Virus record (IMG/VR): IMGVR_UViG_3300037781_000042 | Location: 147,582-211,581 of that record | From: a virus | Taxonomy: Duplodnaviria; Caudoviricetes | Length of the DNA: 64,000 bases | Reading direction: 5' to 3' (one strand) | Part shown: positions 20,186 through 30,417 of the stretch, piece by piece | Layout: each line of letters starts with the position of its first letter | How positions within the stretch are numbered: position 1 is the first letter of the stretch | Program-made: the position numbers and the translations under genes | The notes under the pieces: generated by a model | Told to the model about the DNA's origin: nothing | Database searches by the model: none | What the model saw: only the letters and a program-made list of their open reading frames with translations

Positions 20186-22579
20186 ATGGCAGTTACTACA
20201 CCTCCTATTAACGGAGAAAATATTAAAAATCCTTTAATTGTTCAATCTGATAAGCCAGGTTCTGCAAATAATGATGGTCCACCTTCTAGTGCTCCAGCCG
20301 ATCCAGCAGCAACAAATCCTAGAGATGTAGAAAGTTCTGTAGAAAAAGAATTTGAATATTTTAGAGATAAAGCTGGAATATTTAATACAAATAATGATTT
20401 TATTAAGCCTAAGAAAAAGGCTACAGAATCATGGATGAATAAATATGCTTTTATTTCTTATGGAGGATCTTATCTAGACGGAAGTTCTGGAAATGTTAAG
20501 AATGATTTTGTAGGAGAAGGAAAAAAACAAACAGCTACAAAAGGATTAAATACTGATATAGAAAAGTGGCAAAATCCTACGACTAAGAATATTATTGAAT
20601 GGTCTAAGACTCTTAGAAAAAATACTCCACAAAGCAGCACATTTGATCCACAGTCTCAGATACAAGCTTCTGATGGAACAAGTGGAAATATAACCGAAGA
20701 TGGAGAAACTGTAGATACTGGAAATACAAATTTAAGTGATTTACAAACTACTTCTAAAGGTGCCATAGACAGAGGAAATATAGGAAAGTCAAATGCTAAA
20801 ACAATTAATGACGCTACTGCTTCTGGAAATACAGTAAATGGAATAGGAAACTTAGAATATGAATGGAAAGACTTCGCTGCTTGTAAATGGTGGGGGAGGA
20901 TTCCAAATAATAAAATGATAACTCTTAGAAGATTTAAATTGCCTGTTTTAGATAATGGAGTTATTGCAGGAAAAGAAAGATTAAAAGCAATTTTAAAGAA
21001 AAATAGGTATGATCCTGATGATTATATTACTTCTGATTCTGCTAGAGCAATTACTTATTATGGAGAAGGAACAGGAAATACTTTAGGAAGTTTTACTAAT
21101 TGGACAGTAGGAGCAAACTGGGAAGATGTAAATTCTGATTTAGGAAATCCTGAAATTAATAAAGATGGGATTCAAAACGGAGCTTCTAGTTTTTTAGACA
21201 ATCCTATTGATGGATCTGCTATAGTAGATAAAATATCAGGAGCTACTAATTCAGACACTTTAGCAAGAATTATTAAAGGATATGGGTTACAAAAACAGTT
21301 AGAAGATGGAGATAAAAAAAGTCTTTTAGAATTAGTTAAAACTCAGTCTAAAGAAAATGATCCATTTTCGAATGGATGGCAAAATAGAATTTATGGTCCT
21401 ATCAATGTAGTTACCAGAACTATGAGAAGAGCAAGAGGACTAAAATTTGATGCAGGTACAATTGATATTAATTTTGAATATGAAGCTGCTCAAATAGGAA
21501 CAATGAACAGTAAATTGTTAATGATAGATATTATGAATAATATGCATGCATTAACATATAATAATGGATCTTTTTATGGAGGAGATTATAGGTTTCATAG
21601 ACAACCAACAGAACTTCCATATCCAGAAACTTTAGTAGAACAATTAGAAAAAATGGCTACTGGAGTAGGGGAAGGAGAAGTAAATTATTCAGAAATTTTT
21701 AAAGCATATAAAGGAATTGCTAAAGATTATGGGACTGATTTAGTTCAAAGATTTATTAAAGATGCTGGAGAAATAGGAAGCGAAAGCTATAAAACAATTA
21801 AAGAGATAATCGATGCTGGAGGTTTTGAAGTTCCAACAGATCCAAAGACTCCTAAAGCAGGTGAAAATAGACAAGATACTTCTGGAACATTAACTTTCGG
21901 AGATGGAAACTTTGATGATTCTGGAGCGCCAAGTACTGGAGGAGGTACTTCAGAAACTGCTTTATCTGATATATTTTCTAAGGCTTCTGGATTTGTTGCT
22001 TTATTATCAAAAGCAAGTGGTCAATTAGTTGACGCTATAGAAAATAATATTAATAAGGATGGATCGTTATTGAAAACAGTAGTTACTTCTGGATTATTCC
22101 AGGAAGGATATGACATTCAAAGAATAAACGAAAAGATAATGAGAATTAATCCATTAACTACAGGAGAGCCTGTAGGAGAATGGCACGTAACAGTAGGAAA
22201 TCCTATGAATCCTGCTATGATGATAGGAAATTTAGTCTGTACAGGAATGAGTATGGAAATAGGAGAAACTTTAGGTCCAGATGATTTTCCAACTTCTGTT
22301 AAATTTACGGTTACTTTAAAACATGGTAGAGATAGAGATATTGGAGATATTATGTCAATGTTTAACTTAGGACAAGGAAGATTTTATACTCCTTTAAACA
22401 ATAATCAAAGTGAAGAACCTTGGGATTATGGGTTTTCTACTAGAAATACAGGAAACGATACAGGTCTTTTGGATAATGATCCTGCTGGAAGAATAAACCA
22501 AAATGATGATGGAACTATTACAGACGCAGATCCTGCTCCACAAGATTTATTTATTGGTCCTAGAAGACCGGGAGAATAA
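20186..22579 (+). CDS. putative baseplate/tail-tube-initiator-like structural protein
   Basis: 797 aa; C-terminal HVTVGNPMNP...GNLVCTGMSM...DDFPTSVKFTVTL resembles tube-fold baseplate proteins; upstream of LysM-like and hub-like genes. Confidence 0.45.
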   Translation: MAVTTPPINGENIKNPLIVQSDKPGSANNDGPPSSAPADPAATNPRDVESSVEKEFEYFRDKAGIFNTNNDFIKPKKKATESWMNKYAFISYGGSYLDGSSGNVKNDFVGEGKKQTATKGLNTDIEKWQNPTTKNIIEWSKTLRKNTPQSSTFDPQSQIQASDGTSGNITEDGETVDTGNTNLSDLQTTSKGAIDRGNIGKSNAKTINDATASGNTVNGIGNLEYEWKDFAACKWWGRIPNNKMITLRRFKLPVLDNGVIAGKERLKAILKKNRYDPDDYITSDSARAITYYGEGTGNTLGSFTNWTVGANWEDVNSDLGNPEINKDGIQNGASSFLDNPIDGSAIVDKISGATNSDTLARIIKGYGLQKQLEDGDKKSLLELVKTQSKENDPFSNGWQNRIYGPINVVTRTMRRARGLKFDAGTIDINFEYEAAQIGTMNSKLLMIDIMNNMHALTYNNGSFYGGDYRFHRQPTELPYPETLVEQLEKMATGVGEGEVNYSEIFKAYKGIAKDYGTDLVQRFIKDAGEIGSESYKTIKEIIDAGGFEVPTDPKTPKAGENRQDTSGTLTFGDGNFDDSGAPSTGGGTSETALSDIFSKASGFVALLSKASGQLVDAIENNINKDGSLLKTVVTSGLFQEGYDIQRINEKIMRINPLTTGEPVGEWHVTVGNPMNPAMMIGNLVCTGMSMEIGETLGPDDFPTSVKFTVTLKHGRDRDIGDIMSMFNLGQGRFYTPLNNNQSEEPWDYGFSTRNTGNDTGLLDNDPAGRINQNDDGTITDADPAPQDLFIGPRRPGE

Positions 22580-22597
22580 AAGATAATAAATAAAAAT

Positions 22598-23392
22598 ATG
22601 AATAAAGAATTTAAAACATATAAAGAGTTTTTAAACGAAAGTAAAGAATTTGATCAATCGAGATTTCCTTTAGAAGATCCTGAAGAGGTAAAAGAGTGGA
22701 TAAATAAAAATGTAATAGGACAAATAAGTAATGATAGAATACGTAGATTTCAAGATAGTATTCAGTGGAATGTAGACAATGAAGGATATTTTAGTACTCC
22801 TGGATCTTTGTGGTTGCATAGAATGGAATTAATAAAATTACCTTTTAAAATTAAATCAATAGGAAAAATTTTAAGTATTTCCGAAAACAATTTAACGGAT
22901 CTTAAAGGTTTAGAAAATTTAGAATTTATAGGTGATTTTTTTATGGCAGATGGTAATCAATTAACTACTTTAGAAAATTTAAAAAATCTTAAATATGTAG
23001 GAGGATCTTTTAGTTGTTACGATAATAAGTTGACAATGTTAAAAGGACTCGAAAATCTCAAATACATAGGAAATAATTTTGGTTGTTTTAATAATAAATT
23101 ACTTTCTAAAAAAGTTCCATTTGAAGTGAAAGGAACTATTTATTTTAAAGGAGATTTGCCTAGTAGTTCCCCTTACAATTATGAAGATTCTGTAAAACAT
23201 TTAGCTTCTTTAAGTGAAGAAGAACAAAAGAAAATTATAGGAGATCTAGAATCTTGGGATCCTGAAGCCTATCAAATGTTAAAGGAGTATTCTTGGAAAA
23301 AAAGATTAAATATTTCAGGATTACATACTGAAGAAGAGCTTGAATGGAGAAAAAAGGCAGAAATATTAGATGATACCGGATTAGAATTTTAA
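22598..23392 (+). CDS. family B LRR protein with capsid-targeting-like tag
   Basis: MNKEFKTYKEFLNE; FDQSRFPLEDPEEVK; about four 23-aa repeats; ends LDDTGLEF. Confidence 0.8.
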   Translation: MNKEFKTYKEFLNESKEFDQSRFPLEDPEEVKEWINKNVIGQISNDRIRRFQDSIQWNVDNEGYFSTPGSLWLHRMELIKLPFKIKSIGKILSISENNLTDLKGLENLEFIGDFFMADGNQLTTLENLKNLKYVGGSFSCYDNKLTMLKGLENLKYIGNNFGCFNNKLLSKKVPFEVKGTIYFKGDLPSSSPYNYEDSVKHLASLSEEEQKKIIGDLESWDPEAYQMLKEYSWKKRLNISGLHTEEELEWRKKAEILDDTGLEF

Positions 23393-23408
23393 AATATAAA
23401 AAAGAAAA

Positions 23409-24086
23409 ATGGAAAAGATATTAGACGAAAAACCTTTAATAATTAAGAATGGAATTGAAATGTACGATTTCTTTGAGCCTTCTTATGAATCTAGAATAGA
23501 GTCTGCGAGAATAGATGATGTAGGTTATGTTACTAGTCAAATGGAAGCTAGAGGAGATTTATTTTCTTTAGTTTATTCTTATAATATAAATGACGAATAT
23601 CATATTTTAAAATATAATAGAATTTCAAATCCATTTTCTATTAAAGAAGGAATGTATTTAGCAATTCCTGAAATTTCTGACATAGAGTCTTTATTTTATA
23701 CAGAAGCAAAAAGAAAGGAAATGCGACCTGAAATAGAATCTTCTAAAGATAGAATTAAGAAACAAATAATAGAACAATATAATCCTTTTACTAAAGAAAG
23801 AACTTCTAATACTTCTTTTGAAGCATTTAAAAATAAGTACAGTAGATTAGAAGAAGAAAAACAATTAGAAGCTTCTAAAAATTTACAAAGTGGAAATAAT
23901 TCTGACACTGAAAATTTACTACCTCCTAATTTTTCAGATAAGAACAAAAAAGAAGTTACTGTTACTCCTAATGGAACGGTTATTTTAGGAACTTCTGTTG
24001 CTGATACTAAAACATCATGCGGAGAAAAAACATTAACTAAAGCAGAATTACTCAATTCATTAATGAAAAATAGAATAGTTAGATAA
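23409..24086 (+). CDS. LysM-like / gp53-like baseplate protein
   Basis: RGDLFSLVY...ILKYNRISNPFSIKEGMYLAIP fits the LysM-like pattern. Confidence 0.55.
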   Translation: MEKILDEKPLIIKNGIEMYDFFEPSYESRIESARIDDVGYVTSQMEARGDLFSLVYSYNINDEYHILKYNRISNPFSIKEGMYLAIPEISDIESLFYTEAKRKEMRPEIESSKDRIKKQIIEQYNPFTKERTSNTSFEAFKNKYSRLEEEKQLEASKNLQSGNNSDTENLLPPNFSDKNKKEVTVTPNGTVILGTSVADTKTSCGEKTLTKAELLNSLMKNRIVR

Positions 24087-25610
24087 ATGACAATAAGAAA
24101 TATACATAGACCTGAAATTTTATTAGAAGATCTAAAAGTAAAGAATAAAAATGAATATGTTTATTCTGAAGCTGATGGAGAAGCATATACTAATATTAAT
24201 AACAAGGGAGTAAATTTTGAAAAGTTAGTAGGTCTACATAATTTTTTCATTAACATAAATGGATTTTCTATTCTTCCTACATCTATAGAAATTTGTACTG
24301 TAAATTTAGCAGACAAATATCCTACTATAAAATTAAGAATTCAACCTAAGTTTGATGAATTTGTAAACTTTGGACTTCCTAAAGACGGAGACATCATTAC
24401 TTTATTCTATAGATCAACTATAGAAGATTTTAAACCTTTAAGAATAGATTTCATAATTACTGACATTAAAAATGAAAAGGATTCTTCTTTTGTTTTATTT
24501 GGAGTAGTCAATATTCCTAAACTATTTAATGATTCAAGTTTCTTTGAAGAAGATACTTCTTTAAATACTTTGATCAAACTATCAAAAGAAATGAAACTTG
24601 GTTTTTCTACAAATGAAATTGAAACTTCTGATAAACAAAATTGGTTATGTGCTAATCAACCGTTTGATACTTATTTAGAAGAAATTAAAAAACATGCATG
24701 GAAAAACGAAAGATCTTTTTATGATTCTTTTATAGACATGTACTATAATTTAAACTTTATAAATGTCTTTGATCAGTTATCAAATGAAAAAGAAAAGAAA
24801 GTAAATGTAGGTCTTTATAAATTAAGAGATTTTATCCAAGCTAAAGATAATACTGCTTCTAAAGTTATAGAAGAAGAATTGGAATTCGAATCTCCTATAG
24901 TTTTACACAATTGGAAATATTCAAGTATTAAAGAAGCTACGATTACTAGTCTAGGAATTTTAAATGAATCTTCAAGAATTTCGTTAGAAGAAGGTTATCA
25001 AAAATATTCTCATTTTTATGATTTTACATTAGATGAAAAAGTAGAACTTTTAAATGAAGCAATAACTTCAAAAGGATCAGAAGAAAATTATTTATCTTTA
25101 AAGGGAAATGTATTTAATGATAAATGGAAAGAAAATACTAGACATATATGGTCAGGTATTTCTTATTCTTTACCAGAACATAACGTACATCCTTTTTATT
25201 ATCAAGCACAACTTCATAACGAACATAATTTAAAAGAAATAGATAAATTTTCTATTCAAGTTACTTTAGATCAAGTCAACTTCAATTTACATAGGTATAT
25301 GATTTTACCTATTCTTTGGTATGAATATGGAGATACTGCTAAAAAATTAAGATCTATTGGAGGAGAATATAATGCTCTTAAAAGCGATGAAAAGGTAAGT
25401 ACTACATATCCTTATATTTTAAATGAATTTATTTCAGGATTTTATGTATTGAAAGGATTTCATTTAGATTATGTAGGACCTTCTGATGGAAATCCTCCAG
25501 TAATTCAACAAAGATTAATTCTTACTAGAACCGAATGGCCTAAGACATTTATTGTTACTGATGCTGATGATAAAGTAGTAACTAATCTTCCTTTACCAGA
25601 AAACGGTTAA
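24087..25610 (+). CDS. putative baseplate hub (gp27-like) protein
   Basis: 507 aa, directly after the LysM-like gene; C-term SGFYVLKGFHLDY...QQRLILTR typical of hub proteins. Confidence 0.45.
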   Translation: MTIRNIHRPEILLEDLKVKNKNEYVYSEADGEAYTNINNKGVNFEKLVGLHNFFININGFSILPTSIEICTVNLADKYPTIKLRIQPKFDEFVNFGLPKDGDIITLFYRSTIEDFKPLRIDFIITDIKNEKDSSFVLFGVVNIPKLFNDSSFFEEDTSLNTLIKLSKEMKLGFSTNEIETSDKQNWLCANQPFDTYLEEIKKHAWKNERSFYDSFIDMYYNLNFINVFDQLSNEKEKKVNVGLYKLRDFIQAKDNTASKVIEEELEFESPIVLHNWKYSSIKEATITSLGILNESSRISLEEGYQKYSHFYDFTLDEKVELLNEAITSKGSEENYLSLKGNVFNDKWKENTRHIWSGISYSLPEHNVHPFYYQAQLHNEHNLKEIDKFSIQVTLDQVNFNLHRYMILPILWYEYGDTAKKLRSIGGEYNALKSDEKVSTTYPYILNEFISGFYVLKGFHLDYVGPSDGNPPVIQQRLILTRTEWPKTFIVTDADDKVVTNLPLPENG

Positions 25611-25903
25611 TCTATAAGTAAACCACCTACAACACCAAATTCTCCAATTGTAGTCAATCCTTTACTATCTAAATAATATAGAAGTGTTTCTTTTTGTTTT
25701 TCTAAATTATTTAAACCGTTTTTAAATGGATCTTTAATAATAACATAATATTCGGCATCTCCACCATAAGAAGCAGACCCAGTTTCAAAAAATGAATATT
25801 CTTCATTTTCTACTTCATCTTCTAAAAAAGAATCTATAGATATTTCATCTTCTTTATCTACTTGAATTCCTATTCCATAATACGCTGAATAATCTACACC
25901 CAT
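25607..25903 (-). CDS. hypothetical protein
   Basis: 98-aa ORF. Confidence 0.6.
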   Translation of the reverse strand: MGVDYSAYYGIGIQVDKEDEISIDSFLEDEVENEEYSFFETGSASYGGDAEYYVIIKDPFKNGLNNLEKQKETLLYYLDSKGLTTIGEFGVVGGLLID

Positions 25904-25918
25904 TTTTATTCCTATATT

Positions 25919-26287
25919 TTAATAATAATACCATTTATAAAATCTACTAGAAAGCGATTTTTTCTTATGTTTGAATTTTTTATTTAATCGTTCACCATCT
26001 TTGTATGACCAATAGTAACCGACGCAAAGTTCAAATTTTCTTTTTCTCCAAAGCCACTTAAGTTTTTGTAAAAAGTTTAATTTGTAAATACGAACAAAGG
26101 CATCATAATCTCCTTGAAGTTCTTCGTCCTCTTCATCTTTATCATAAACAAAAAATGTTTCAAATTCACATAATTCGTTTTCATAGATACATATTCCATT
26201 CAAATTAATATCCCAATGGTGACTTACCCATTTAAAACAAACTTCTTCATAAGGTATAGTTGCTATTATAGAAGATTCTTTTTTCAT
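25919..26287 (-). CDS. hypothetical protein
   Basis: 122-aa ORF. Confidence 0.6.
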   Translation of the reverse strand: MKKESSIIATIPYEEVCFKWVSHHWDINLNGICIYENELCEFETFFVYDKDEEDEELQGDYDAFVRIYKLNFLQKLKWLWRKRKFELCVGYYWSYKDGERLNKKFKHKKKSLSSRFYKWYYY

Positions 26288-27463
26288 TTAAAATAACTCC
26301 TCATTTGAAGAATCTACTAGTGTAGGTTGTATCTTAGAAAATAATCCTTTTCCTTCTTTTAAATCTTCAAATGCTTGATCAAATTTACTTACTAAATCTT
26401 TAGGAAACGTTTGTCTTGATAAATAAAGAAGTTTAAAGTTTAAAAAGATATTATGTTTTAGTTCTTCTAAAGGAACGGTTATGTAAGTATCTTTTTTAGA
26501 ATTTGATTTATTGATTTCATATTCTAAAGTGTCTTTAATAATTTCAATATTTTTTAAAATACTTTTAATATGAATTGGAAGATTCTGTTCTTTAAACTTT
26601 TCAAATATCTTTTTTACATATCTATCAGTTACTCTTGTAGGATTTCCATTTTTATTATTCCAATGAAAAGAAGAAGGAACATTATCTTTATCGTCTCCTT
26701 TTAAAATTTTAGTACAGATTTTTTCTTGACTATCTATATTATGAATATCTAAAGAGCTTTGCAATATTTTATGTAAAGGAACATCGGAATTAGAATCTGT
26801 TATACTAATATCTGAAACGTCAAATATAGAAAATGGATCATCATTAGAAGTTTCTGTTGCTGCTTCTAAAATAGCAGGTTCTTTTTCTTCTAAAATTTTA
26901 ATATCTTCTAAAGTAAAATCTTCAGACATTAAAAGCTTTATATGATTTCTTACTGGATGATAAATTAAAGTTCTAGGTTGAAGTAGCTGTTGAAAATCTC
27001 CATCTGAAGAAAGAATAATATTAACACATGTAGGATCTTCTTCAAGCAATCTTCTATTTAATAAACATACTAAATCATCTGCCTCAAAACCTTTCATTCT
27101 AATATTTGTATAATGAGGTTCAGAAGAAATCATCCAATCTATTCCTGTTGTCCAGGCATTCCAATCCATGTCATCATGTGAATCTTCTCTATTTGCTTTA
27201 TAAGATTTTTCTCCGTGAATATCAACTTGTTTTCTCCAAGAAGAAGAATCTTGAACAAAATATACTTGATCAATTTTAGAAAAGTTTTGACATATAGTTC
27301 TAAATGAAACATTGATACTTTCCTTAAATATTTCTAATGCTTCAGGAGAACCTAATTTTTTCTCAGTCGTTGGAAATTTATGCCCTACTCTATTTGCATA
27401 ATATTTTACATCAGCATTTTGATAGAATAAATTGTTTGTGTCTACTATTAAATTAACTTTCAT
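26288..27463 (-). CDS. rnh: T4 RNase H-like 5'-3' exonuclease (FEN1/PIN fold)
   Basis: LIVDTNN, DSSSWRK..YKANR, GFEADD, ILSSDGDFQQL, LKGDDKDNVP. Confidence 0.85.
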   Translation of the reverse strand: MKVNLIVDTNNLFYQNADVKYYANRVGHKFPTTEKKLGSPEALEIFKESINVSFRTICQNFSKIDQVYFVQDSSSWRKQVDIHGEKSYKANREDSHDDMDWNAWTTGIDWMISSEPHYTNIRMKGFEADDLVCLLNRRLLEEDPTCVNIILSSDGDFQQLLQPRTLIYHPVRNHIKLLMSEDFTLEDIKILEEKEPAILEAATETSNDDPFSIFDVSDISITDSNSDVPLHKILQSSLDIHNIDSQEKICTKILKGDDKDNVPSSFHWNNKNGNPTRVTDRYVKKIFEKFKEQNLPIHIKSILKNIEIIKDTLEYEINKSNSKKDTYITVPLEELKHNIFLNFKLLYLSRQTFPKDLVSKFDQAFEDLKEGKGLFSKIQPTLVDSSNEELF

Positions 27464-27473
27464 TTTCTTTTAC

Positions 27474-28064
27474 TTAATTATCGTATTCATAATATTGTTC
27501 TCCAGTAGGAGTTACTTCTTTAATCACTCTAGATTGTGAATCATATTCTTTTTTCCACCATCTATTGTATTTATCATTATAATAAACTTGATTTGAATTT
27601 TCGTCATATTCTGATTTCCAATAAAAACCTTTCTTGTCTTGATAATAAATTTTATTTTCTTGTTTATCATAAAATAAAATAGGATCTGGAATTTCTATAA
27701 AAAGATCTTCTAATTGTACTTCTCTATGTTCCCCATTTTGTAAATTTGGATCTCTTGCAGTAAGACCTTCATTAGAATTATTTTTTATTGAATATGTTTT
27801 TATTTTAAATTTCTTTTTAAAATCCGGTCTATTGTCAAATTTAATTCCGTTAGGATTTTTAAAATATATTAAGTTTCCTTCATTATCATATTCACATTCT
27901 TTAAAATAACCACTTGACATTTCTTGATATATTAATCTATTTGAACTATCATAAATCATTATTATAAATTGTCCATTTTCTTCTTCATGATAAATTACAT
28001 TTTTATTTTTATCATAAAGAGTTATTGGAAATGTAATATTATCAAAAACTTCTTTAACTTTCAT
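27474..28064 (-). CDS. repeat-containing hypothetical protein
   Basis: Repeated YDxxxNxIYxxxxxG...EYD units in two modules. Confidence 0.6.
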   Translation of the reverse strand: MKVKEVFDNITFPITLYDKNKNVIYHEEENGQFIIMIYDSSNRLIYQEMSSGYFKECEYDNEGNLIYFKNPNGIKFDNRPDFKKKFKIKTYSIKNNSNEGLTARDPNLQNGEHREVQLEDLFIEIPDPILFYDKQENKIYYQDKKGFYWKSEYDENSNQVYYNDKYNRWWKKEYDSQSRVIKEVTPTGEQYYEYDN

Positions 28065-28157
28065 TTTTTATCCTTTTTAAATTCTTTAATCACATCTAAT
28101 ATAAAATCCAATACAATCATTAATAGAATAACTGTACCAGCAAAGGTCCAAAAACTT

Positions 28158-28829
28158 CTAAATATTATTTCCATTATTCTTTTTAACTAATTGTTGTAAA
28201 TTTTCTAAAGCTTTAATATTTAAATGCTCAAAGTATTTTGTTTTATATAATCTTCCGCCCTTTTCCATTGCTTCTACTATAGTTTCATAGAAAGTATTTG
28301 GAGTTGATTTTTCATGTTTCAATATTTGAAGTTCATTAAATACTTTTTCTTGATTTAAAATGAATTCTTCTTCATCATAAGAAAATCCTAAAAGATCTAA
28401 ATCTTGAATTATTTCTGCAAGTAAATATGGCTTTACATAATAATGTTTTGGGTGATTTAATGTAGGATTGAAACTAGTCGATTTTATCAATCCTTTAATT
28501 GTTAACACATCTTCAAATGACCATCCAGCTCTTAATAAAAAAGTATTTGCAAAATCTGCAGAAGCTTCTTCATTTACCGAAGATCCTGGAACATAAATGA
28601 CATCATGAAATAAAATACCAGTTTTAAGTAAAAGCATTTCTTTTTCAGATAAATCGTTTTCTATTTCTGTTGTAATAGAATCTAATAAAGAAAAAACATG
28701 ATCTACATTGTGATATTTTCTCCAAGGTTGAGAATATTGAAATACTAATTCGTCTAAAAATAAGTTTAAGTGTTCATCACTTTCATTGAAGTGAATTATT
28801 TGTTTAAATGTTTCTTTTAAATTTTTCAT
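28158..28829 (-). CDS. HD-domain phosphohydrolase
   Basis: RKYHNVDHV...ILFHDVIY...NEEASA...IIQDLDL. Confidence 0.8.
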   Translation of the reverse strand: MKNLKETFKQIIHFNESDEHLNLFLDELVFQYSQPWRKYHNVDHVFSLLDSITTEIENDLSEKEMLLLKTGILFHDVIYVPGSSVNEEASADFANTFLLRAGWSFEDVLTIKGLIKSTSFNPTLNHPKHYYVKPYLLAEIIQDLDLLGFSYDEEEFILNQEKVFNELQILKHEKSTPNTFYETIVEAMEKGGRLYKTKYFEHLNIKALENLQQLVKKNNGNNI

Positions 28830-28833
28830 ATTT

Positions 28834-28861
28834 ATTATACTTAAAAATAAGTGAAAAGTTT
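28834..28861 (-). promoter_or_regulatory. AAACTTT-N15-TATAAT promoter motif
   Basis: Perfect copy upstream of the 28829 start. Confidence 0.65.
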
Positions 28862-28865
28862 TCTA

Positions 28866-30404
28866 TTACAAAGATTCCAGAAGTTCAGTTCTTTCTTCTA
28901 CCATATTTTCTAATTGGTCCATATCAAAACCCAAAATATTAAAATGTACTTGTGCTTTTAATTCATCTAGTTTTCTTTTTAGATATACTATTTCTCCAAT
29001 GCTACCCGTCTCATTAATAGTGAAATTTATTTCAACAACACAACTAGACGGGAGAGTTGATAAAAATTCAAGTATTGTCATCGTTGGAATGTCTTTAATT
29101 TGAATATGTTTTAACGTTTGAATATTGATATTATCTAATAAATTTTTATCATTGTCTATTCTTAAACAGCTATGAATAATTAAATTTTCTAAATCAATTT
29201 CAATTTTTGGGTTAATTTTAATTTTATTATGTCCAAAACCGATACGGAAAGTATTAATTTTAGAAGGAAATTGTTTAAAATTTAATGTGTAATTAGCTGA
29301 GTTTCTTTCTAAAAATAATTCACCAGTAATAATATCAGGCATATAATCTATGTAGTCTATTTTATCTAAACTTTCAATCTTCAAGTTTTTTAATTTTTTA
29401 GGAATTCCTTTAAAAGAAAAAGGATTTTCATTTACTCTTTCATATCCAACCCCTCCTCTAATAATCAATCTATTATTAGAAGGAAGTCCTTCTAAAGTTT
29501 CTAAATTATTTGAATGGATTTCAATTTCATTAATAAATTCTACAGAAGAAAGTATATTTAAATCTTTCAACGTTTTACTAAAAAAATGACATTCGCCATG
29601 AATATTTTTAATTTTTAAATTTTTAAAAAAATCATCTCTTTGATTTCTAATATAAAAGTTATGTAAATCATAAGTGCTGTCTATATTTTTAGTTATTTTT
29701 ATTTCATCTACATCAATAAGAATGTCGACCCCACTAAATGACGATATTTCTTCGAACTCTTTATTAAGAATTGGAAAATTTTGATATTCTTGTGGTAATA
29801 ATTTGCTTAATTTGTTTTTTGTATATTCAGAATATATCTGATCATTAGGCGCATCCCAAATAGTTATTCCGTTACTATTAGAATGAACTGCCATTTTATA
29901 TCTTTTAGCATTCGGTGATAATTTTTTATTTTGAAAATAGTATAAAGTTCCATTAGGATATACATGATAGTAGAAATAATTTTTACTTTCAGTTGCTGCA
30001 GTACACCATTTAGCTCCATAGCCGTATTTTATCGAAGATGTTTTATTTAACGGAACTACTATTTTCCATTCTTCATCATCTCTAAGAATCAATTCGTGTG
30101 ATTTTACGTCTTCACTATTTCGTATAAATCTATTTGTAATTGCTTCAACATCAGTACACATTTTATGGATAGAAAATTCTTGGTATGGATTATACATGTT
30201 ATACTTATTTCTTTTATCTAAATTATACATAGATTTAGTAATAAATTTTATATAAAAATGAGAATATTGGTGTAAATAAAGTTCACAAATAAATATCATA
30301 TATTTATATGCTTTAAAAGGAACCGCTTCTTTTAACTTATTAAATTCTTCTTTATTAATCTTTCCGGTTTCTACATATTTTTTTCTAGCTAATTTTAAAC
30401 TCAT
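28866..30404 (-). CDS. family A protein (untagged), tandem copy 4
   Basis: MSLKLARKKY; SIKYGYGAKWCTAA; degenerate LRR C-half. Confidence 0.75.
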   Translation of the reverse strand: MSLKLARKKYVETGKINKEEFNKLKEAVPFKAYKYMIFICELYLHQYSHFYIKFITKSMYNLDKRNKYNMYNPYQEFSIHKMCTDVEAITNRFIRNSEDVKSHELILRDDEEWKIVVPLNKTSSIKYGYGAKWCTAATESKNYFYYHVYPNGTLYYFQNKKLSPNAKRYKMAVHSNSNGITIWDAPNDQIYSEYTKNKLSKLLPQEYQNFPILNKEFEEISSFSGVDILIDVDEIKITKNIDSTYDLHNFYIRNQRDDFFKNLKIKNIHGECHFFSKTLKDLNILSSVEFINEIEIHSNNLETLEGLPSNNRLIIRGGVGYERVNENPFSFKGIPKKLKNLKIESLDKIDYIDYMPDIITGELFLERNSANYTLNFKQFPSKINTFRIGFGHNKIKINPKIEIDLENLIIHSCLRIDNDKNLLDNINIQTLKHIQIKDIPTMTILEFLSTLPSSCVVEINFTINETGSIGEIVYLKRKLDELKAQVHFNILGFDMDQLENMVEERTELLESL

Positions 30405-30417
30405 TTCATTCTCCTAT